From assembly GCA_973895155.1 (NCBI GenBank), contig OZ316895.1:4079659-4143658 (forward strand): DNA of 64,000 bases, read 5' to 3'. A program made the translations under genes and the position numbers. Shown piece after piece: positions 13,261 through 24,282 of this stretch. Below the pieces are notes generated by a model. The model did not search any database. It had not been told where the DNA came from and worked only from the letters and a program-made list of their open reading frames with translations. Position 1 is the stretch's first letter. Each line of letters starts with the position of its first letter. This DNA is from Marsupella aquatica (Eukaryota; Plantae; Marchantiophyta).

Positions 13261-14739
13261 TCATTAGCCAAGCTGGGATGCGGGTGCAAAGAGTGTGTGT
13301 GAGAGGTATCCAATGCAAGGGGCGGCCGCGAGTGGGGCCGATGATTGATTCAGATTGGTGCAGAGAGGTTTACGGGTGGGTAGCCAAATCGGTTGCACCC
13401 CGCAGAGAAACAGCCAACGGGGAAGCTTCATCTTCCGCAGGGGATCTATCTAGCTATCCATCTTCCCAAGACTGCCTTCTTCACACAACCTCTTGACCCC
13501 TCAGAGCCCTCGAGGGGTAAATATGTGTTTGTGTGTTTGCCTTGCTCGGTGCAATACATTGGATTCGTTTCGTTGGGTCGCATGATGGCAACCACACTAT
13601 TATTGGATGGTTATTAGCAGTTCTCAGAGCTCCTCTAGTTGGCATGGTCAGCGGGCCCATGCAGCGTTCGATCTACTCAACCATAGCTCGATACTAACAG
13701 CACTTTGAGTGGAATGATTCATTCGCTCGAATCACAAAATCCCATACGCATTTCGTTGTTTGCAAACTGAGGCCAGGGTACGTAATTATGAGCCGATCGT
13801 TTGTCCCACTGATTGAATCTTCGAGACAATCATGGCTGTGAAGCTTTTCTGGTCTGTGTTCTCCCAGATTCAAGCAGGCGGGAACAGTTCCCTCGGGCTC
13901 ATGCTTCCCCGAATTCGATTCGAGCATCTTCGATCAAAACGGTAAATTCAACGGGCTTTGGGTCCCCCGAGGCCAACAAAATCACTCGTGCTACCTTCAG
14001 GAATATCTGTGTGAACAAAGCTTGCAAGGCAAATGCCACCGCCCGTTGTCAACAAGCTGCTCTCGTTGACGGCCCCCACCTTCCAAGTGAGATGCGTCTA
14101 GATGATCGTCCCGAAGAGCCAAAGGTCAAACGGCTCGTTCTGGTCTTACACTCTTTCTCGACAGATTTTTCTGCCACGCTTCAAAGAGCAGGTCGGTTTG
14201 AAGTGTACAGGAGAGCCCAGAATCGAATGTTCGCAAACAAACTGTGATCTGCTGGGCGATGCTAAACTGATTTTAAAGTTCGACGCCGCGCTTTACTGCG
14301 TTGTGGGTGAATGAGATGTCATCTCCATATTCGCTGCTTGCAAATGCATATAGCATCGCTCATACTGAACATGTTTCATGTTTTGTCTTTTCGCTCATTT
14401 TTTGTCTTGTCGCCAATGAGTCTGTGATTGGCTATTTTGTTAAGATTGAGGGGGATAAAATACAAGAGTAAACAGATAGCACATGCAAAGAAAATAGTAT
14501 TCATTAATTACTGAGTGGGATAAAATAAGAGTACAAATACACTTTGTATAGTGAACACGAAAAAGTGCCAGTCCTGGTGCAAAGGTAGTGGAAATTTGTG
14601 CACATAAGACAGAGGCTTTCAAGGGGACTCTATAAGAACCCAGGGCAAAAGTTTTTTTTTCTATGAGTGAGATGTCATCCTAGCCATTCCAAGGTTTAAA
14701 ACGGCCACACTCTACTTTACATGAATTTGGGGGCACAAT

Positions 14740-15800
14740 CAGGCAAAATCATTATCATACCTAGTCATCTACTAGTGGAGCCCTTGAGCCCTTGTGTATC
14801 CCTTTTTTTCCTGATGTGTACATGTTTTTTTGTCAAAAACTTAGACTTCCTCTTCAGGTAGTCTAAGAGAATGGAGCAAGCTACCATTCCTATTCAGTAC
14901 ATATATTGCATTTATTATCTCAGGACCTGACATCAATCAAAATCATCTGGAGAACTTAAAAGCAGAGAAGTCCACATAGTTTAGACTCATTTCTTTCTCC
15001 CACCCATGATGTCCACATTGTTTCAAATCGTTTTTCTTCTCAGTCATGATAATTTATATATTTTTTCTCAACTGAGAGAAATTCCTTGAAGATTGAATGA
15101 AGTTTTGTTAAAAAGGGCTCGAATGATAATATCACAACATCCTGTCGGTCCACATTCCATTAATTTTGGAAACTTCATACAGGATCTCAATGGAGTGAAT
15201 CAAGAAGACAAAAATCAATGTCTTCTTAGATCTTTAAACAGGCCTGTGTCTAGGGTGTCATCAAATCAGCCATAGTGTGGGGCAGAAGCTTTAAATTGGC
15301 TTCCGAATCCATTTGAACCCAGTTTCGATGTTGAGCTTATTGTTTGCTCCACATTTGATGAGCGGCTTCTGTTGGGTACTGCAGGCTATGTATCAAAGGT
15401 GCTGTTTTCTTGTTTATAACAGGAAATTCCATTAAACCACCAATGGCACTAGAAAAGGAAGAAGTGCTCTATGTTAATTATCTGACCCTTTCTAAAATCT
15501 CTCCTGTTTGCACATTTCAGTCCCTGCCCTCCCCTAGAAAGCATTCTCCAAATTTCAGGAAATGATACTAATATTGGCGAGTTCTAGTATTTCTAGAACT
15601 TGCAAGTCAGAGTGGTGGTTTTAAAGAGCAGTGTTAGGGATGACAAAACCCAGAGGACCAGGAGTTGACCAGGGCCGAGAAAAGCATAAGGAAAAGATTC
15701 CAGCCCACAACAAACCTCATGGCAACGGAACAAGCTGTTCAACACTAGTGGCAAGGATGCACCCCAAGAACAAGGTTGCAAGTGCTATGAACCCAATAGG
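14740..15800 (-). mobile_element. Old degenerate CRE-like RT relic
   Basis: Minus-strand remnants occur in the same order as in the 46-50 kb element: GWNLFLML (vs WSLLMIF), PTGCCDIIIRALLTK (vs PIAIGEVFLRLVSR), IDV (vs VDV..AFN), TQG and LVDD. Confidence 0.5.
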
Positions 15801-16455
15801 TTGCTCTTGGAGAGTATGCATAGCAACAATTACTCTTTAAGCAAGATTTTTAGTGGCATTCATGGTCCTCTCAAGGACCATCAGATTCTACTAGGCACAA
15901 AAAATAGTAAAATTATGTCCAATGTTGTTTTCTTGTATATTAAGGTAGCTCATACTCGTGTCAAAAGTAGTGCAGTCGTACATGAGAAAGTTTAGACCAA
16001 GGGGAGGGAGAGTGATGTGGCTCAACTGTGGCCGTCTTTTATAAACACTTGTAGCGCTATCATACAAGTTTGCCTTTATCCTAAATTTTGCCTGCCCATT
16101 TTCTTAAATAATTACCAATGTTAAGTTTTCTACAAATGAAAAACATGCATGGGACTTCAAATGCATGACTTTTGTTGTTGACAACTATCACTTCTCTTAT
16201 AACCAACACTTTTATTTGGAGAAAATACCTATCCCTTAATCCCTGGCCAAAGTGTAATCCCTTCCTTGCACGCCCCCATTCCCACAAACTTTATACGTGT
16301 ACTCCCAACCAGCTATGACCTAGAAGTCAATAATTTACAGTTTGCACATTCCCTTGGTTTTGTTTGTCACATCTATTCCAAATTCCCTGATGTCGGCTAT
16401 GTTATTCTGTGTCGTTCTTATGTAAGGGTTGTTTTTTTCTGTCTCCATCCAAGGC

Positions 16456-17260
16456 GGCCTCCTTTGTCGAGGCCGCCCGGGATGCCCCTGCCCCTGCCGT
16501 TGTCGCCGCTAACTCAGTGAGATCCAGACACAAAGGGTTTGCTACCACAACATTGGCCAAAGTACGTCGACCATCACAGACCATGGGCAAATCAAGCCGC
16601 AATTACTGTGGGGGAGTCGAGGGGGGAGGACCAGGTAGCTCGAGCTTCATCTGATACCTTTCTCCCCCTCACTATTGAGCTCTTTGGGCATCTTCATCAT
16701 CAGTTCGATGGGCTCCTTCGACAGGCTGCTCGTGATATTCACGGATGGATGGGTCCCTCCGGACCCCCACTATCCATCTTGACCAACACTTTTGTCAGCG
16801 CATTTCAGTGGCCTTATAGCGTGCCCAAGCTCGAGCCATTTATCGTCGATCCCTCACAGTGGGCGCCACTGTGCCCCCGCAAATGCTAGCCCCCCTAAAG
16901 GACATTCCTGTCCCACTTGCTGATTTGGTTAGGACATTGGATGTGACCCATTAGCTTTTGTCACATATTCCAATGTAGACACTAGTCATTGAGTTTACAC
17001 TCATGTGGTGTTTGACACTTTTCTCTCTTAGTTTTTATTCGACTTTTTAGGTTTACATTTGCTTTTCTTCTTTCTGGTTAGATGTTTGTCACTTTGGAAC
17101 TCTTTTTCTTTCCTTTCTTTGTACTTTGTTTTCCCCTGAATTATACATTTTGATGGTTTACACTTGCTTTTCTTTTTTCTGGTTAAATAGGTGTTTGTCA
17201 CTTTGGAACTCTTTTTCTTTCCTTTCATTGTACTTTGTTTTCCCCTGAATTATACATTTT
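16456..17260 (+). mobile_element. 5'-truncated, 5'-inverted copy of the CRE-like retrotransposon family
   Basis: 16638-16954 on + encodes ARASSDTFLPLTIELFG...DIPVPLADLVRTLDVTH*, matching the C-terminus of the 46-50 kb element. 16456-16637 is the adjacent upstream part (RLDL..RRTLANVVVANPL..AASTKEA) in inverted orientation. A T-rich 3'UTR follows. Confidence 0.9.
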
Positions 17261-19356
17261 GGTGAGTTTTTCTCGAACTTATGATTTATCACTTCTAGGT
17301 CAAGCCCGTGTCTTTAGCAAGGAGGTTATGTTGGGTTTGAGAACAAGGGCAAATTTGAGGAACATAGTTTTGAAGGCTTATCATCCATCAGAACATCATT
17401 CAAAGTCACTTTCTTCATAAACCTTCCTGTGAAAAGTCTCTATTGCCTGAGTCGTGGTTCTCCACCACTGTTTTGACTTTCACCAAACTTCAACAAATTG
17501 GCACTCTGCTTGATATCCTCTCTCTTTGAGTGATAGAAGTGCTCAGTCTCCAAGGTTCTTGTGTGGTTAGCAGGTCAGCAGGAGCTTTTTGTTCCCAGAC
17601 CATGGTTGCATGATCTAAGGGTGGCGTTACAAGAAGTGGGGCCATCACTTTTTCTCACTAAACCAAACTAGAGGGCTACTTTTTGTTCGATGAAAATAAG
17701 TACAAATCCCTTCAATGAAGCAACCTTTAGAAATGTTTGAACCACCTCCTGAGGTGGTATAAATTTTAGAAAATTAAACATTCCACGTGAGCATGCCCAC
17801 TGCTTGCCATTTAGGATCAGTAGACACCTGGCCCCCCCGAGTTCTTTGTGGAGTCAATCGCAGCCATTTTCGGTCATCAGGAAGTCATAATTAAATCTCT
17901 CGGGGAAGGAATAAAAAGAAACACTGGGCCCCCAACCCAAGCCTTGTTAAAGGCGGTAAGCCACCCTAAAAGCCTCCCTCACAACTGAACAATCGTCACT
18001 ACATCGTACTCCAGGAGTGGACTGAAACTCTTATAATTCCAATCCCTTGAAGAACGTGCGCTTTAAGCATAATCAACGAGCAAACGACAGGGCCAATGAT
18101 GCAAATGAAGTTGTCATGACACATGACTAACTGTACTGTATACAGAAAGCACCTGACTCGCAGACATTAATGTGACAGTTGATACTCACTCAAATTTACT
18201 CAGGCCAGATTGCCTCTCACGTACGGGACTGTGAAATGTCGACACGAGCAGCAGGCCGCCTACAGTAGTGCGCACTCCACTACAGCATAGCTAGAGTTCA
18301 ACGTTCTTGCCTCCACATCGAATCATCATTGCATCATTCTACCAGACCACCACTCAATTCTCAAGCAGGTGCATGGATTGATGCGGCCTTGCTTCCGTAA
18401 CAACACAGATTTGCTCACTAGATAACGAACCACGGGCGAAGATCTGCCGTCTTGGTTAGCATCGATCGATCTTGGTCGATCCGGATAAGTGAATAGAAAA
18501 AGTAAAGTTGTAGCGAGGGTGATCGCCTAAGTAAGTCACCGACGAGCCACCACATGACAAATATAATGAATTGAGCTCCATGAGACCACAAACAAACAAA
18601 TCAACTTTCCTTGACTCGCAACTCGGATTGATCTAATCAGTGAAAGCAAAGTCTTTCACGCAAGAATCCAACACAGATCTCTTCTTCAGCACTGAAAGGG
18701 TCCTCTGTGAAGCAGTGAATAAGTGAACCTAATCCGACAACGAACTTGAATGCTTCTGAACTTCATGAAGTGTATTTTATAGCTCGGTCCCATGCGTGCG
18801 TGGAACAGCAGTCAGGCACAGCATCTTTTCATTCTCCCGCAGCTGCGCACACTGCAGCATCGCGAAGCAGGACCCGCATGACGAGAAGCTCTACAGTAGC
18901 ACGCGTTCAGCCGGGCAGAGCAGGGCTGGGACGATGATGATGGTGGCCGGGGCCTGGGCTTGGCTGCTTGTCCGCGAAAGCAAGTAAGCGATCATGCTTC
19001 ACAATTGATTTGCCTAATGAAAAGAATCTGAGTGTGGGAAAGTGCGCAGCTGCGGCTGAATGGTCTTCATGACTTCATCGTCCTTTCTTCAGTGCGATAC
19101 GCTAAATCGGTCACGGGCATGCATCCCATGCCGGATTTACTTATTACTGTCTTATCGATCTCGCCTTGGGGAGACGTACTCAACTGTTTCGGTGGTCAGA
19201 GCAGCAGACGGATCAATTCGTGGGGGAAACCCGAGGAGTCTGACTTCAGAATGGACAGTGCAGAATGAATTGATTCGGGTAAATTTTTGAGCTTTCTTCT
19301 TTCTCGCCAGGAAGGGAATGTCACCTTACGTGAAGGAAGGTTGGGAATGTCAGCTT

Positions 19357-19545
19357 GAGTAAAGGAGAAGAAGAAGCTAGGAATTGTTTCCTACCTTTTG
19401 TGTATTATTTTTTGAGTGAAGGAGAAGAAGCTATGAATTGTTTCCCACCTTCTCTGGATTAATTTTTTGAGTGAAGGAGAAGTAGCTACAATTTTTGAGT
19501 GTAGGAGAAAAAGCTAAGAATATTTTTCTCATTTTTTTGGATTAA
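19357..19545. repeat. Degenerate ~55-bp tandem repeat
   Basis: GAGTGAAGGAGAAGAAGCTA..AATTGTTT..TTTTT recurs 3-4 times. Confidence 0.7.
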
Positions 19546-20199
19546 TGTTGACCATCAGATCTCTCTACTAGATTCAAGGACAATCGTTACATTCTTATCT
19601 GTGGCTAGGTGCAAAACGGGCTCACGGAAGATTAAATATGTTGCAAAGTTTAGTCAAAAGTGGCAAAGAATTTTCAAAGAGGTGAAATCTAGCAAATTTT
19701 CTAAAACAAGGTAGAATTGATGGAGCTGGGCGGTTTTTGATCGAGAAAATTAGATTATGGTCAGTCGAGCATTGTGGAGCTTTACAAAATGCTAGGATAG
19801 ATTGTTGCATCTCATACAGAACACTCTGAAAAGTAATGCTTTACTCAGATAACATATGTATACATACTCAGTTATCTGGGTGCCAAAAAGTGTTTGATGG
19901 GCCAAAGGCTCATGATTAAAGCTTGTTGCCCATCAGAGCATGTAATGTTTGACTCAGATAACACGATTCATTCGTATGCATGCTCACTTATTTGAGAGAT
20001 AAACAGTTGAGAAATAGACCCTGAAGCTTCCACATACCACAATGTCTTGAAAAATGCTCAGATGGATTGTAGCTAACTCATATATGCGGCACTGTAAGGT
20101 AATGTTTTACTCGATCAGATGACACACTTCCTTTGTATGAATGCTCAATAATTGGGTGTAAAAAAATGCATTGTCCATGGGATTTTCATAATCAACCCT

Positions 20200-20640
20200 T
20201 GTTGTCCATCCAAACATGACCTTTAAAGCCATTATAAATACTGTCAATCTCCACATTACTTGAAGTAAAGTATTCTCTTGACTGCTAAGACAATGGAAGA
20301 TGTACTGTAGTAAATTGGAGCTGATATTAGGATGGACACCGAGCTGCCATCCAGTTTCGAAGTTGTGGTAAACTCTGGAGCATTTAGGAGCTTCTGCTTG
20401 CTGGGAAGTATGGAAGGACAGATACACCCATTTCTTGGTTGATAGATATGACCAGAGCCATATCATAGGTGAGGTTCTAGGGAATGTTTGATTCCCCCAC
20501 AACGCCTACCTTAGAGATTTTGGGCACAATACTTGTCGAAGTCAGTCGCAGAAAGTAACTACAATTGGTGCAAGCTATTGCAGCCATGGCTTTTGAGGCT
20601 GGTAGTAAATGGGGCCAAACACCCCAAGCTCTTGAATTTG
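20200..20640 (+). mobile_element. Degenerate RLE-endonuclease relic of a non-LTR element
   Basis: AMAFEAGSKWG (~20582-20615) resembles the P-x-A-x-E-x-x-G-x-W-G RLE motif and is preceded by KHD and FLVD remnants. Confidence 0.35.
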
Positions 20641-23600
20641 TTCAAAAAATACATAGTTGTTAGCAAACTGATTAGCTAAGTCAATCCCTACATATCTGAT
20701 CGTTCGTGATCCATAAGATACTTGTTTTCCCATTCATGCAATGGCTCAGTGAAAGTTTCTACTCTAGATATTGTTAGCTAGGAACTCATGACTTAGGTCC
20801 ATCGCTAAATATCTCAACTTACATCCTTACCTGCTTGATCAAAATCATTTATTTTCCCTTGGCTGCTTGGTCAAAATTATCAGATATTTTTAGTGTTTGT
20901 AGGCCCGACCAAGGATAAATTGCATATTATCTCCCATCCTTTGAACCCACTTCCCATTTCTGTAAACAAAAAGTGAACTTACCTCTATCATGATTCGTTA
21001 ATTAGTGTAACCAAGACCATGCACAATGGAGGACACAATTTGTGTTGGGAGATAGCACACTATTGGTCTTGACTATTGCATGTTAGCCTGCATGTGAACA
21101 CGACTCATTCCACGGTGTTAAGCCCCTCTCTGAAATCTTAGGGGCAGACACCAATCATCCCATTCCTTAGTGCTTGTACAAAAGTAAAGAACTTTGAAAT
21201 TTTAACTTACATGACGAGCAGTTCAATCACAACCGATCGTTATTGTACCCTGTATTGTACTTTCTATTGTACTCTCTATGGTCCTTTCTATTGTACTTTC
21301 TAAATTTGTCCTCTTCCCGTGTGTATGCCGTTAAGGCATACATAATGATTCTTGTCATTGCTTTTAGCTAGTATTCGGAGAGAGACCAAGATCGAGACAT
21401 CATAAGTTGGAATTGAATTCACATTCAAGTACTCTATATCTTACTTGTTAAACATATGTTCTTGGGTCTAGAGTACCATGTAACGCACTTTAGATAATCT
21501 AATCATAGTCAAATACTTGAACAAGGTTAGATATGTTGCCTGGCTAGAATATCAATGCACAAACAGGATAAGGCTTATTGTTATGGAACTGTTTGAGAAA
21601 TAGAAAGTTGTTGAGACTTGGTAAGGCCAACGAGCTTAGACTACTATAAAACTATTTGTATGTAATCTGGAGAGCTGAACCTTGTATTTCTTTGTGTTGA
21701 ATTATTTGCTTATTATTTGCTTATTATATGTTTTGCATGTTAGTGCTTTCTATGAACAGTCCATTGCTTAATACTAACAATGTTTTTATTGTCACTCTAT
21801 GAATGCTGTGTTTTTTTGTTAAACCACAACTACCCTTATAATCAATGCTCAATGGGCTCTACTTGGTCAATGATGGCCGGGCAGCTGCGTGGGCAGTAGT
21901 CAAGGGCAATTCCAAGGGCGGCTTACTGGGTATGGGTCTCTTGAGATATCTTCAAATAGTTTAATTAGATCCTCAGCCTTCTGCAAGAGGTGGTACATGC
22001 TAAGTGACTATCACACTAGATTGCGTTCTGGAGATTGCGTGATCAAATCATTTCATGGTGAAATCATATTTTGTTCACACACCTGGTTGGCAGGAGGAGG
22101 ATAATGAGGTGGTAGTTGGCTGTGCACAATTGCCTGCATGATGGATGGAGTGCCTGGCTGGATGGTGCTCAACTGCCTGATCCTGAACATAACATTATTT
22201 AACAGTACGTGCCCGAGCAGGGGGGGCCTTTCATTTGAGCAATTGTGGTCCTGAGATGCTCTCTCGTTGAATTCCAATTAGGCCATGCTTGCCCCTTGGT
22301 TCTCACTATGATTGAGTGAAGAGATTTGCACACATATGAACAGATAATAGTGCTGTTTGAAGAAATGGAATGTCATTCATCTTGTATCACCAATCACATA
22401 CATGTGGAAATTTTATAGTGCCTTAGTTTTGAGGTAGATTTAAGTGCGAGTTAAATTTTAATGTAGTGGTGATGCTCTTAGGGCTTTCTATGTAAATGAC
22501 ACTCTTTGTTTTAATTAGAAGGCGGCAGTGCGCCAAATGTATTCACAGAAAACAGCAATGAAGACCAGCGGAGCACAGAGAAAACAAATTGGATGGGCCA
22601 GACTGACAAGAGCTGAACCACCACCAACCCAAAAATAAGGAGAGTCAGCTCTCTAGGAACTGACACCTAAACTGACTAGCTGGGAATAGGAAAGTGTCTG
22701 AGAGTTCTGAACTACTCTTAGATTTTATGCTCTTATTAGTGGCTCAATACATAAGTTGCTTAATACTCAAGTTGCTTAAACCCAACTGCACTCTACTAAT
22801 AGATTCAGGATGTTGAGTTGCACAAACTCAACTGCACTCTGATTGTTCTAAGTCTTTGAGTTGCACAAACTCAACTCCATTAATTGCCTCAAGTTGTTGA
22901 GTTGTGATTACACATGTCCATTGGACATTGGAGTAATTCAGGTACATACGATTTGTCTGTGCCTGAGTTTGTTGGTTTGTCAGGTGTTTTTGGCTTCCCC
23001 AAGAAAATAATTGTAAAGTGTCTTTTGTATGCTACACATGTTTTCATTTTAATCTTGTCAATCTGTCTTGTCAATCTGTCTTGTCAATCTGTCACAGACA
23101 ATTTAACTTGTAAGGCAAGTCATTTGTTTGGCCGCCGTCACTTTCAGGTCTACTACTTTTACAATCTTAGGAGACTAATTTGGATGATTCTCCAAAAGGG
23201 AGTAATTGCCAAATTCGAGCGATACCTACTTTGCATGAGTAGGAACTTAAGAATGCCGTTGATTTTTGCAACTTTATCATTGTCCTCTACATATTGGGAT
23301 TCTTTGAGTGGAGCAGTGACTTTTGCATGGGCACTCCCAACTTTGACCCTGTCCTAGTCTCTACTTGTACAAAGGGGAAACGGAGGAATATTTGGTATTA
23401 CAATTGATAGCCAAATCCAGGCCCCATCTCTATCCCTACTCGCTAGCATTCCTGACAATGAGCCACCCAAGATTGCCACTCTCTCCACACGAAGCATTCA
23501 ATTATTTTGAATTCTTATAATCCTCTTTGGCTTCTACTGGGGGATTGATTAAGGAATTCCATAGGAATCACGTGCAAGTAGAAATATTTACATTCTAAGT

Positions 23601-24015
23601 GATATTTGTAAATTTTTTAGAAAACATAGGAAATGTAGTAAGTATACACTCATACAAAAGATATTCTCTAATATACACCCTTCATAAACTAAAATGGATC
23701 GTTTCAAGTGAAAACAATGAATATCACAGAATTGATCGTAAATTATGTTAGGAATTAATATCCCCCAAAATATGCTTTTTTATTCTTCAAGGGGCTTCCT
23801 CCCTCTTCCCTCATCCAGGGTTTGATTTTGACTAGCAAGATTGTCTGTTGATGGGGATCACTGAGTGCGCGTAGCTGTTGAGGGACAAGCCCCGGTGAGG
23901 AGAGATCACCAGGCCACCAATCCTGGCTGTGTTAATTCAAAGGTCTGTCAGCACAACAACTACCTTGTCTGCAACAAATGTAACAATGGAGTTTGTGTGG
24001 GAATTGTCAACAACA

Positions 24016-24086
24016 TGGACTGGCTAGGAATTGAACCTAGTACCTCCCATGTACATTGTAGTGCTCTACCACTGAACCACAGGTCT
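24016..24086 (-). pseudogene. tRNA-derived sequence inside the TRIM 3' LTR
   Basis: Minus strand has TGTGGTTCAGTGGTAGAGCA (A box/D arm) and GGTTCAATTCC (B box/T arm). Confidence 0.8.
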
Positions 24087-24211
24087 TGGATGCCTGCATC
24101 CCTAGTCAGTTCGACTGCGGTTCATTTTTAACACCCTCCCTTGAGGGGCACTTGTTACAAGGGAAACTTTTGATCTTTGACTCTGATACTATGTTGGAAT
24201 TGTCAACAGCA

Positions 24212-24282
24212 TGAACCGGTTAGGAATTGAACCTAGGATCTCCCATGTACATCGTAATGCTCTACCATTAAGCTACAGGCCC
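24212..24282 (-). pseudogene. tRNA-derived sequence inside the TRIM 5' LTR
   Basis: GGGCCTG TA GCTT AATGGTA GAGC A TTACG ATGTACA TGGGA GATC CTAGG TTCAATT CCTAA CCGGTTC A gives a 71-nt cloverleaf layout with A and B boxes; the anticodon arm is degenerate. Confidence 0.8.

Noticed and set aside
13813-14247. 144-aa ORF and other isolated 100-150 aa ORFs (e.g. 22914-23357, 27567-28001)
   Set aside because: No recognisable domain, often non-ATG starts, and no splice-consistent gene model.
24016-24282. Two functional tRNA genes
   Set aside because: The anticodon arms are degenerate and both copies lie within the LTRs of a TRIM.
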